The position numbers were made by a program, and so were the translations under genes. The notes under the pieces were generated by a model. It saw nothing but the letters and a program-made list of their open reading frames with translations, was not told the DNA's origin and ran no database searches. A stretch of DNA of 64,000 nucleotides. Source: Candidatus Woesearchaeota archaeon (GTDB lineage: Archaea > Nanobdellota > Nanobdellia > Woesearchaeales > ARS49). Below, piece by piece: positions 51,380 through 59,634 of the stretch. The DNA is taken from NCBI GenBank assembly GCA_016203225.1, contig JACQNC010000006.1, positions 72,552 to 136,551 on the forward strand, read 5' to 3'. Position 1 is the stretch's first letter; every line of letters begins with the position of its first letter.

Positions 51380-51835
51380 CTAGAACACGAGTTTTGCGCC
51401 TATACCGACGAGAACCCCTATGAAGATCGCGGTTTCGAATATAGTTCCGGTCTCGATCGGGCCGCGCATGTGCCACGTGCTCACCGGGTGCAGGAAGTTC
51501 ACGCCCATGCGCGTGAGGCTGTCCGAGAACAGGTGCGTCAAATAGCCGAACGCGAGCGAGAGCCCGATGAATCGCTCATTGAAGTACCAGAACACTCCAT
51601 AGATGATGATGACAGGAAAGATGCTGTGGAAGAACCCCCTGTGCTTGAACAGCTTCGGGATCCATCGCGTCACCGGGATGACCTTGTTGATCTTGCTGTT
51701 CTCGTGGTCCACATCGGGCAGCAACGATCCGAACGCGACCAGCGCGACGAAAAGCAGCTTTGACGGGACAGAGATGAACGGCAGCAGAAGCAATGCCAAT
51801 AGGATGCCTATTGCAATGTGCGTGCGCCCGAGCAT
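51380..51835 (-). CDS. membrane-bound metal-dependent hydrolase (YdjM/DUF457 family)
   Basis: MLGRTHIAIG, LPDVDH and HRGFFHS with 4-5 TM helices. Confidence 0.7.
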   Translation of the reverse strand: MLGRTHIAIGILLALLLLPFISVPSKLLFVALVAFGSLLPDVDHENSKINKVIPVTRWIPKLFKHRGFFHSIFPVIIIYGVFWYFNERFIGLSLAFGYLTHLFSDSLTRMGVNFLHPVSTWHMRGPIETGTIFETAIFIGVLVGIGAKLVF

Positions 51836-52812
51836 CAGGCCACGCGCGCGAGCTCTTCCTCGACGTTCGCGGGAAAGACCAACTGCGAGACGAGCTCGAG
51901 CCGGTCGAAGAACATGTTGCGGTTGACCTTGCCCACGACCTTGACCATCTGGCCCAGCAGGTCGGAGCGCACCTGCTCGAACGTGTCTGGAGCCGTGCGG
52001 TACTGCATGAGCTCGTCGGTGGACTTGCTCAAGAGGCGTTCCATCTGGTTGCGGAAGAACACGACACGGATGTTCTCGGTGCCGTCGTCAAGGATGACGT
52101 TGAAAACGCAGGAATAGTTCGGCTGCACAGCCCCGTGCTGCGCGCACGTGCTGTTCTTCGCGCTCTTGTTGCACTGAGGGCAGACCTCGAAGAATTTCGG
52201 GTTGAAACTGTCCGTTATCGTGCCCACGACCTCGACGTTCTGGTCCTGCTCGTTGAGCTCCTTGACAGTCTTCCGCGTCGCCTGTGGACGTTCCTGGACC
52301 TTGACATCGCCGACCGTCTCGCCCTTCGGGTTCACGACGACCCTGCTCTGGTCGTTGAGATGGATCTCCTTGTAACCTCGGTTATTGTCTCGCACCATCG
52401 CGTTCGAGACGAGCGCGACCGCGTTCAGTTGGAGATCGCGGAGCACGTTGGTCTGGTCGCCCCAGCACACGACACGCAACGTGCCGGTCTCGTCTCCCAT
52501 GGTGAAACTGCCGACCTTGCCTGCTGTGCCGTCGGCACGCGCGAAATCCTTGGCCTCATAGATCTGAGTGACCTTGCCGACGAGCTCGACAGAGCGCATG
52601 CCCGCGAAGACATCCTTGATCTTCTGCCTGCCACCGTGCTCGATGAGCTTGACGCCGAGCTCGTTCGCGATGATGTGCGCGGCTCCGTCCTTGCTCACCA
52701 AGCCCGCGAGCTGGGCGCACTTCTGGTCTACCTTCGCGAGGATGTCCGGTTCAGAAAGCCCTGTCTTGTCCTTGATCTTGGCTACGATGTCGTTGAGAGG
52801 AATCCGTATCAT
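51835..52812 (-). CDS. replication protein A-like ssDNA-binding protein (OB folds + Zn finger)
   Basis: 325 aa. An N-terminal helical domain is followed by OB-fold text (GKVGSFTMGDETGTLRVVCW) and a CPQC...C..H zinc element. Confidence 0.75.
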   Translation of the reverse strand: MIRIPLNDIVAKIKDKTGLSEPDILAKVDQKCAQLAGLVSKDGAAHIIANELGVKLIEHGGRQKIKDVFAGMRSVELVGKVTQIYEAKDFARADGTAGKVGSFTMGDETGTLRVVCWGDQTNVLRDLQLNAVALVSNAMVRDNNRGYKEIHLNDQSRVVVNPKGETVGDVKVQERPQATRKTVKELNEQDQNVEVVGTITDSFNPKFFEVCPQCNKSAKNSTCAQHGAVQPNYSCVFNVILDDGTENIRVVFFRNQMERLLSKSTDELMQYRTAPDTFEQVRSDLLGQMVKVVGKVNRNMFFDRLELVSQLVFPANVEEELARVA

Positions 52813-52867
52813 GCTGCCACCCGTTTTTGTAGCGAGAACCGGAACGATATTTAAAGATTTGTGTGCT

Positions 52868-53761
52868 TCACGCGAACGTGAACAGCAGACGCGTCACGAT
52901 GGGGTTGTCGCACAACGGCATCTTGTAGCCTGCGGTGTCCGGCAGCTTGTGCATGATCTCGACGCGATACTGATGCGCTGCTTCGTCCTCACCCTTCAGC
53001 GTCCACGCGAGATTAGGGGTCTCCTTGTTCAGCTGCGTGATGAGCTCGGTCACGCAGAACTTTGTCGCGGCGGCTGTCGCATCCTTGACGCGGCACGTGT
53101 CGAATTTCCCCACTCCGCTCGCTAACTGAGTGTAGATCTCCTTGAGCGGATACGCGTACCGCGCGGTCCACGCGACGCGCGGATAATAGTACTTGTTGAA
53201 AAGACGGTGGACATTCCCTGAATATTTCGCGGTACCGATGAGTTCCTCGAACCAACTCGGCTTTTCGTCATAGAGCGCTTGCACATCAGGAGGGAACGGC
53301 ACCTCGATCCGTTCAGGTCTCAGCGGAACGCCGACAACGACGAGAGGGTCATGCACGGCGACGATGTACGGAACGGGCGCACCGAGATCCGCGCTGATGC
53401 TGCTCCCGAGGTTGTTGCGCACGGTCTCGATCGAAGGGATGGCTTGCGCGGGGATGTACTGGACATCATCGATGAATCCGCCCATGCCCGCGAACTTGCA
53501 TCCGCGCGCGCCCGCGGTTCCTGCGCCTGCGGCGAGCTTGTAGACAGCATCCTCTGTCTTGTACCTCGCCTGGAGCTCGCGCGGCACGAAGACGTCGGAT
53601 TCCGCGCTTATGTAGTACGACAACAGATGCAAGCCGTGGCTTCCTGCTGGACGGAGCGCGATCTCGCTTGACTCGTCCAGACTGATGAACGCCGCGATTG
53701 CGACCATACCGATGAACACGAGGACGGTCAACGGCTCGAAGATGAAGAAGCCGCGCTTCAT
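52868..53761 (-). CDS. pilin-like protein (class III leader MKRG/FFIFE)
   Basis: The N-terminus MKRGFFIFEPLTVLVFIGMVAIAAFISL has Gly then Glu at +5 and a hydrophobic helix. ATGA coupling to the upstream gene. Confidence 0.65.
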   Translation of the reverse strand: MKRGFFIFEPLTVLVFIGMVAIAAFISLDESSEIALRPAGSHGLHLLSYYISAESDVFVPRELQARYKTEDAVYKLAAGAGTAGARGCKFAGMGGFIDDVQYIPAQAIPSIETVRNNLGSSISADLGAPVPYIVAVHDPLVVVGVPLRPERIEVPFPPDVQALYDEKPSWFEELIGTAKYSGNVHRLFNKYYYPRVAWTARYAYPLKEIYTQLASGVGKFDTCRVKDATAAATKFCVTELITQLNKETPNLAWTLKGEDEAAHQYRVEIMHKLPDTAGYKMPLCDNPIVTRLLFTFA

Positions 53762-54231
53762 GAACTCGCCTCGGTATACACGATAAGCATGTTGCTCCCA
53801 TCAGGCAACGGAAGCTGCGCGGTCGCTGTCTTTTTATCCTTTGCAGTCACTTCGGAACCTACTTCGAGAGGAAAAAGCGCAGGACCGCCTCGCGCGGGCA
53901 ACACAACGCGAAGCTGACGCGGACTCTGCGATGGGATCTGCGCAAGGAATGCCTCCATTTGCTGTTTGATAATGACCTGATTGTCATTCATGACCTCAAA
54001 CGCTAGCAGTTCCGCGAAAGGCACTTTGTCGCCACCCATATCCACGGTTTGCCGCAGATAAGCTGCGAGAACAGATTCAGCTGCCGAGCCGTGCACGGAC
54101 GTGAGCGGCGTGTACGCCTCATCTTTGGCGAAACTCTGGAAAACGAACATCAGTATCACCGTGAACAACAGCACCGCCCACGACATGATGATGATCAATT
54201 GGCGCGCCAGGATCTGTCCTTTGGAGTTCAT
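53758..54231 (-). CDS. pilin-like protein
   Basis: The N-terminus is MNSKGQILARQLIIIMSWAVLLFTVILMFVF. ATGA overlaps on both sides. Confidence 0.6.
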   Translation of the reverse strand: MNSKGQILARQLIIIMSWAVLLFTVILMFVFQSFAKDEAYTPLTSVHGSAAESVLAAYLRQTVDMGGDKVPFAELLAFEVMNDNQVIIKQQMEAFLAQIPSQSPRQLRVVLPARGGPALFPLEVGSEVTAKDKKTATAQLPLPDGSNMLIVYTEASS

Positions 54232-54743
54232 ATCTCGTTCACCCGCAGGACTTCCACCGTCGCCAAGGCTGGCTCGTCCCTGTTTTCTTCCCTGACCAGG
54301 ACCGTCGCAGTGATGGTGATGCCGCGCGTCGCGCCTGGCCCTGACGCGCCCAGTTGCGGCAGCAACCGCCTGTACAACTGCTCGTTGTAGTGGACGACCT
54401 GCGATCCTATCGTGATTTTGGCGGCGATCACGTTGTTGGGTTCTCCGTAATAGACCGCATCGAGTAGCGCCTTGTTGATGTCCTTGTCAATGAGCTTTGC
54501 CCCGTCAATGATGCCTGGAAGAGGCCGTCCTGTCAAAGAATCAGTCGCACCAAGCGCGTTCGGCGAGAACAGCAGGCGCTGCGCAAGGATGCCCGCATCC
54601 GCGTTGAACGTGTCGCGCTGGACGTTTATCTTACCGTCGAGCCAGAACAGCATGCTGCCGAAGATTATGACGAGCATCAATGCGGTGAACACTATCCAGG
54701 TCAGGATGTACGGCGTAGTCTGGGCTTTACTTGAGCGCATCAT
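54228..54743 (-). CDS. pilin-like protein
   Basis: The N-terminus is MMRSSKAQTTPYILTWIVFTALMLVIIFGS. It overlaps the upstream gene by 17 nt. Confidence 0.6.
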   Translation of the reverse strand: MMRSSKAQTTPYILTWIVFTALMLVIIFGSMLFWLDGKINVQRDTFNADAGILAQRLLFSPNALGATDSLTGRPLPGIIDGAKLIDKDINKALLDAVYYGEPNNVIAAKITIGSQVVHYNEQLYRRLLPQLGASGPGATRGITITATVLVREENRDEPALATVEVLRVNEI

Positions 54744-55617
54744 GGAGTTTCACCGCGGTCGTCTGGTACCAAGTCGGATTGTTCGCGACATCCGCGTCAC
54801 TGATGAGGAGATAGACCGCGGGCTTGTCGTGCGGCACGAGCGAGGAGTCATCAGGCAACGGGATAATGGCTGATTCGAACGCGCTGCCGAGCTGGATGTT
54901 GATCCGGGGCGTCAATCCGTTCACGAGCGCGCATGCGAGAGATCGACCTTGCGCGTTCGCATAAGCGATGACCTGGTTCCCTCCAACGACTGTCGCGACG
55001 AGCACGACCGCATTCGCACTCGCTTGTAACTGCTTCCGCGCCTCTTGATCCGCAACAATCTTAGACACATCCCCGGGAGCGGGAAGATACTTCGAGGGAT
55101 TCTGACCCACGAGCGTCGTGACGAGCAGTATTGTCTGAGGCGTCGGCACAGCCGGCAGGAACGCGATCTTCGCGAGCGACGGTAGCGCATCGCAGGCGTG
55201 CTTAAGCACGTTGCTCTGCTTGGTAGCATCAGCCCCTGCATGCACGACACCACCAGCGAGCTCGAGCGGAACCGAAACAGGATACTGGTCGCCATACGCG
55301 GTCTCCTCGAGAGTCTTGTCAAAACCGTAGGCAAGGCTCACATCGTTGTTCTTGCCGACCACGATCGAGCCGCTCGCGAAACCGACAGGAAAGCCCATCC
55401 CCACGCCAGGGATGCCGAGCTGGTAATGGATAGAGGTCTTGGCGTACACTTCCAGCGCTTCGCGCGTGAACTTGAGCTCCAGCCCCGCGAGCGAGTATTT
55501 CGGCAACTGGCTCTCCCGCGCCCGCTCGATGAGCTGGAACAATGCTATCGTCACTGCTATGACGAGCACGAACTCCAGTATCACCCACAATACCTGGGCT
55601 TGGCCGCGACCGTTCAT
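54727..55617 (-). CDS. pilin-like protein
   Basis: Trimmed to MNGRGQAQVLWVILEFVLVIAVTIALF, giving an ATGA overlap with the upstream stop. Confidence 0.6.
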   Translation of the reverse strand: MNGRGQAQVLWVILEFVLVIAVTIALFQLIERARESQLPKYSLAGLELKFTREALEVYAKTSIHYQLGIPGVGMGFPVGFASGSIVVGKNNDVSLAYGFDKTLEETAYGDQYPVSVPLELAGGVVHAGADATKQSNVLKHACDALPSLAKIAFLPAVPTPQTILLVTTLVGQNPSKYLPAPGDVSKIVADQEARKQLQASANAVVLVATVVGGNQVIAYANAQGRSLACALVNGLTPRINIQLGSAFESAIIPLPDDSSLVPHDKPAVYLLISDADVANNPTWYQTTAVKLHDALK

Positions 55618-57605
55618 GGAGACACACTGGCGCTCGGAGCAAAACTCGTCAGAGGGAAACAATTGGCATCTAGAATCGTCGAATCGTGACCGTTTCCGCA
55701 ATAGTATCCTGAACGACAGTACTCGATCGATTTCCACTTGTTGTCTACGCATTGGAATATCTTCTTGTTGTTGAGTGACGGCCATAGGCGTGAAATCGCA
55801 GTTGGGTCCGCCGCGAGATACTTGTCAAAATCATTGGCAGTCAAGTCTCCACAGCGGAACATTTGAACAGATGATGAACAGTCGTATCCTTCATAGACTT
55901 GGTCGATCCGCGTGCCTTTCGTAATCACAGGAAGCCCGTCACATGGACTCGTCTGCGAGCGGTGGTATCTCGTACATTCGAGGGCGAGCCAAGTGTGCGC
56001 GTCATTCGCGAGGGCGAGGAGCGCGAGTGAATCATCATATCCGTTCACAACGGCAGAATACCTCGCAAGCATTTCATCTATGAACTCTGAAGAAGGAGTC
56101 TTGCCTTGCGCAAGCAGCGACGCAAGTCCTGCACCATAAGCCCTCGCGATGCCGTAATCTGCGACTGCAGGGTGCACGAGCGACTGCGGCGTCAATGCAT
56201 CGGCCGCCTGCACGAGTAGTTTGAGGCCGCTGGAAGAGATGCGTTTCTCGATCAGACCCTGCTGAATGCTCAGCGTGCCCAGCAAATACATGATAACCGG
56301 ATCGTCAGGTCTGCCTTGCTGGAGTTTCTTGAAGCGCTCAACGGCACGATCAATTGAAGCTTTATCATTTGCGGAAAGGCCATACGCCCTGTTGAATTCG
56401 TGACCAAACTCTACAACCCACGGCAGCGGCAATGCCGTCAATAACACTTCATTCGTCTGCTCGAAATAGCCCTTGATCCCGTACTGCTTCATGAAGGCCA
56501 GCGCAGCATCAGCAGCTTCGGTCAGCTTATCTGCAAGCAAGTAAGATTCGGATACCCTGAACGCGGCTTTGGGCACGAGCGTTTTATATTGCGTTTCGAT
56601 CGATTCCTCCCCTTTAGAAGCGTCAAGGAATTGCTGGTATAATTGCGCGGCCTCGATATATTTCGCCTTGTTCGTCGTGCCTTCCTTGAATGCGATCTCT
56701 GCCAAGGAATAGGTGTTAGTGAAGAAAAGCTCCTCGACCCTTAGACGACGCGCATCGACGATCTTCTGGAACCGCGCGTTCTGCTCCTCATTTCCTGTGA
56801 TGGTGATGAGAATGAACGTCTTGCCATGAACAACGGCCTTCTCGACATATAGCGCGGTGTTCCGCAGCTCTCCGCCGATAGTATCGCACTGACCGTACAA
56901 CAAGAATGAAGCCAGCGCACTCTTGGGATTGCCGCCCCAACAATAATTCAACCGATTGTATTTGTCGTTTGGATTCAAGTAGTCTAGTGGCAGAAGCTCC
57001 TTATACGCTTCATCCTGAGCCCAGGAGTAGCATTGCCCTCTCAGCGCTTTGGCAGCAAGTTCTGGCTGAGGGAATGCGAAATCGTAAAAGGGAGTGGTAT
57101 CGGTCTTCGTATACCAAAATGACAGTATCGACGTGACTCCCGGGAACGAACGACACGCGATTGGCTGTTCGGGACTGTCGCTGTCGCGGCTGAAATCATC
57201 GCTTCCGGCAGGATCGGGATACAGACACAAGCAGGCATCATCGCCACATTTATCCATTGGTTTGACAACCTGCTCCCAGTCGCTTCCGATGTCACAGAAA
57301 TCAACAGGATTCTCGTTCCCTTTATTGAATCCCACCATGACGTATGAGTCATCCATGTAGATTGGCAAATCAAACGCTGGCGAGTCCTTTGCTGGCAGGA
57401 ACGGCCGATTGTCAGCAAGCAGTTTTTCAATTCGATGGGCCAACGAAAGAAAACTGTACGTCGTGGCCTGCTCCTCTTGCGAATTCCCCGCGAGCACGAA
57501 CCTCACGATGAAGATGAGAAATCCCGCGACGACGACTACTACTAAGATCAGCCCTACTAGTTCCCAGAGAACCTTACCCGTTTCCTCTTGGCCACGTTTG
57601 TTCAT
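55614..57605 (-). CDS. large (663 aa) extracellular protein with a pilin-like leader, a helical-repeat centre and Cys-rich ends
   Basis: The N-terminus is MNKRGQEETGKVLWELVGLILVVVVVAGFLIFIV. The middle region is helical and TPR-like by eye. The C-terminal 120 aa contain 8 Cys. Confidence 0.65.
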   Translation of the reverse strand: MNKRGQEETGKVLWELVGLILVVVVVAGFLIFIVRFVLAGNSQEEQATTYSFLSLAHRIEKLLADNRPFLPAKDSPAFDLPIYMDDSYVMVGFNKGNENPVDFCDIGSDWEQVVKPMDKCGDDACLCLYPDPAGSDDFSRDSDSPEQPIACRSFPGVTSILSFWYTKTDTTPFYDFAFPQPELAAKALRGQCYSWAQDEAYKELLPLDYLNPNDKYNRLNYCWGGNPKSALASFLLYGQCDTIGGELRNTALYVEKAVVHGKTFILITITGNEEQNARFQKIVDARRLRVEELFFTNTYSLAEIAFKEGTTNKAKYIEAAQLYQQFLDASKGEESIETQYKTLVPKAAFRVSESYLLADKLTEAADAALAFMKQYGIKGYFEQTNEVLLTALPLPWVVEFGHEFNRAYGLSANDKASIDRAVERFKKLQQGRPDDPVIMYLLGTLSIQQGLIEKRISSSGLKLLVQAADALTPQSLVHPAVADYGIARAYGAGLASLLAQGKTPSSEFIDEMLARYSAVVNGYDDSLALLALANDAHTWLALECTRYHRSQTSPCDGLPVITKGTRIDQVYEGYDCSSSVQMFRCGDLTANDFDKYLAADPTAISRLWPSLNNKKIFQCVDNKWKSIEYCRSGYYCGNGHDSTILDANCFPLTSFAPSASVSP

Positions 57606-57611
57606 GAGTCA

Positions 57612-58049
57612 TTAGCACGTCGCGCCTATTGCGCAGCATTGGAATGGATCGATGTTGACCAGTCGCGGACATTTTTGCTTGAGTTTTTCCAAATCAGTCT
57701 CAGTCCCCGGGTCTTCATTACAGCAGGCGAGCATGGGCGAGGCAGCGGTCTTCTTAGTGTCTTTGTCGCATTTATCTGCAACGAAGTCCTGGTCGCTCTG
57801 CGTGAAGTCGTTTCCGCCCAAACACGGATCGCAGAAATCCGCGAGTTTGTCCTTGTCAGTATCCTGGAATCCAGAACTGCTGATCTTGCACGTCGCGATC
57901 TGGCTCCGCAAGGCCGCAGGTGTGGCTTGTTTTATCGCCGCGCTTGCCGAAGTGCCACCCTTGTACACGATCACGAGCACGATCGCTGCCGCTGCCAAGA
58001 CCACGATCAACATCACTATCATAAAATTTATGTCACCTCTTTTGAGCAT
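57612..58049 (-). CDS. pilin-like Cys/Asp-rich protein
   Basis: Trimmed to MLKRGDINFMIVMLIVVLAAAAIVLVIV, with GGAGG 8 nt upstream. It contains DTDKDKLADFCDPC and two CC pairs. Confidence 0.65.
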   Translation of the reverse strand: MLKRGDINFMIVMLIVVLAAAAIVLVIVYKGGTSASAAIKQATPAALRSQIATCKISSSGFQDTDKDKLADFCDPCLGGNDFTQSDQDFVADKCDKDTKKTAASPMLACCNEDPGTETDLEKLKQKCPRLVNIDPFQCCAIGATC

Positions 58050-58051
58050 CG

Positions 58052-58291
58052 TCAACCTCCTGGAATGCAGCACTTCTGCGTGCCTTTGCAGTCGTTCGTG
58101 AACACTGTCGCGGGCTTTGCATCGGGACACGATTCAGTGATGGCCTGACAGGCGCCATTCTGTCCGGCACAGGAACCGAACTGTCCTGCGCCGCGATACG
58201 TATTTGTGACTGCGATGATGAGAACCAATGCCAATACGAGCACAACCACCATGATCGCGATGATCTCAACCGTTGTGAATCCGCGCTTCAT
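58052..58291 (-). CDS. mini-pilin with a bacterial-type G/FTxxE leader and the C-C-C-C-CC framework
   Basis: Trimmed to MKRGFTTVEIIAIMVVVLVLALVLII (ATGA overlap). The mature tail is SCAGQNGACQAITESCPDAKPATVFTNDCKGTQKCCIPGG. Confidence 0.7.
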   Translation of the reverse strand: MKRGFTTVEIIAIMVVVLVLALVLIIAVTNTYRGAGQFGSCAGQNGACQAITESCPDAKPATVFTNDCKGTQKCCIPGG

Positions 58292-58626
58292 CCATAACAT
58301 CCGTCAACACCCCAGTAACATGATTTTGGTGTGCATTCCTGCGCATTGCAGCGCGCTTCAGTCGTGTAGTCTGTGCACTTATTAATATTCTCATCACCGC
58401 AGAAGCAAGGTTTCTCGGAAGGACCGTTCTCGCAACAGTAACCAGAAATCACGCGGATGCCGTTGCACGGACATTCCTTGGTCACTTTTCCCGGGGAGCA
58501 TCCGAACGTGATCCCTGTCGTTCCGGTCTCGAGCGTCTTGCTGGCCACGATCCAAATGAACAACACCATCGCGGCGAGCGCGACTATCCAAAACACCACC
58601 ATGCCTATGGTCGCCGCGCGCCTCAT
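58288..58626 (-). CDS. pilin-like protein with a 12-Cys ectodomain
   Basis: The N-terminus is MRRAATIGMVVFWIVALAAMVLFIWIV. The tail is GCSPGKVTKECPCNG...CCENGPSEKPCFCGDENINKCTDYTTEARCNAQECTPKSCYWGVDGCYG. Confidence 0.65.
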   Translation of the reverse strand: MRRAATIGMVVFWIVALAAMVLFIWIVASKTLETGTTGITFGCSPGKVTKECPCNGIRVISGYCCENGPSEKPCFCGDENINKCTDYTTEARCNAQECTPKSCYWGVDGCYG

Positions 58627-58757
58627 TGGAACGCGCCTCCGACCAGGTTGGGAAACTTGCCGCCCCAGATCACGAACAGCGCGATGCCGATGGCGATTGC
58701 GATGACTGCCAGTATCATCCAGATGACGACATCCTGCGAAACATCTCCTCTTTTCAC
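58623..58757 (-). CDS. 44-aa mini-ORF: pilin-leader plus a single TM helix (GTG start)
   Basis: Own translation gives (M)KRGDVSQDVVIWMILAVIAIAIGIALFVIWGGKFPNLVGGAFQ. It is below the ORF-track size cut-off. ATGA overlap with the next gene, and a TATA box 21 nt upstream. Confidence 0.5.
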   Translation of the reverse strand: MKRGDVSQDVVIWMILAVIAIAIGIALFVIWGGKFPNLVGGAFQ

Positions 58758-58777
58758 GGTCTGCTTGTCGGCAGGGT

Positions 58778-58787
58778 TATTTATAAA
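58778..58787 (-). promoter_or_regulatory. TATA box (minus strand tttataaata) heading the 58757-52868 gene string
   Basis: The proximal edge is 21 nt from the GTG at 58757. It directly follows the stop of the upstream gene. Confidence 0.45.
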
Positions 58788-58788
58788 C

Positions 58789-59634
58789 CTATGCTGGCGC
58801 GGACTGCGAAGCTGGAAAGACGGTGCAGCCCAGATTCCTTATCGATTGCTGCGTGTGCGGCATGAACACGATGGAGGACGTGTACTCATAGTTGGTCGTT
58901 GATGCCAATTGGTACACGAGAATCGCGACCCCGCTACCGGGCAGCAATGTGTTCGCGACGCTTAGAGTGACAATAGTGCCGAGAGTCTCTCCCATGACAC
59001 TGCTCAATGCAGCTTGGACTCTTCCATACGTTGCATCGATGGCTGTCTTGACAGCAGTCTTCACTTCAGTCCTCTTGTAGACGAAGATCGAAGCCCAATT
59101 GTCCTTGGTGTCGATGCGCGCCGCTTGATCGCTCTCGAACTTGGCAAGAACTTGCTGAGCGTCAGGACCCAGGCGTTGACCCGTGAAATACTCAAGATAG
59201 CTCATGCCTCCTCTGGGAACGCTGAACTGTCCCAACGTCGCGAACAGCCCGGTGATTGTCCTTCCCTTTGTCTCGGCCTCGAACACAGTGCAGACATCAC
59301 AGAACACTCCTGTTTGGAGCTTGAACATCTCTTCTTTACCCTCATGCCACCGATTCCAGCACCGATACATCGCGTGCGCAATCGTCTGCTTGACCTGCTC
59401 ATCCGAACCTTCAAACCCGAGGACTTCAGTCTGACAATTGATGCGTTGCGGAAGAACCGTTTCGAACACACCGCTGTTGATCATGCGATCAATGCTATCC
59501 GCACACTGTGAAGAAGACACTAACGAACCGCCTCGCTCGAACAATTGTTGCCCGAACACGATCAATACCACGATCACGGTCAGCATGAGCAAGAGCGCCA
59601 CCAACATTCTTTGAGGGACCGCGCCGCGCTTCAT
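58789..59634 (-). CDS. pilin-like protein, paralog of 59631..60374
   Basis: Trimmed to MKRGAVPQRMLVALLLMLTVIVVLIVFG (ATGA overlap). It shares the YRCWNRWHEG...GVFCDVCTVFE...GGMSYLEYF pattern with its neighbour. Confidence 0.65.
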   Translation of the reverse strand: MKRGAVPQRMLVALLLMLTVIVVLIVFGQQLFERGGSLVSSSQCADSIDRMINSGVFETVLPQRINCQTEVLGFEGSDEQVKQTIAHAMYRCWNRWHEGKEEMFKLQTGVFCDVCTVFEAETKGRTITGLFATLGQFSVPRGGMSYLEYFTGQRLGPDAQQVLAKFESDQAARIDTKDNWASIFVYKRTEVKTAVKTAIDATYGRVQAALSSVMGETLGTIVTLSVANTLLPGSGVAILVYQLASTTNYEYTSSIVFMPHTQQSIRNLGCTVFPASQSAPA

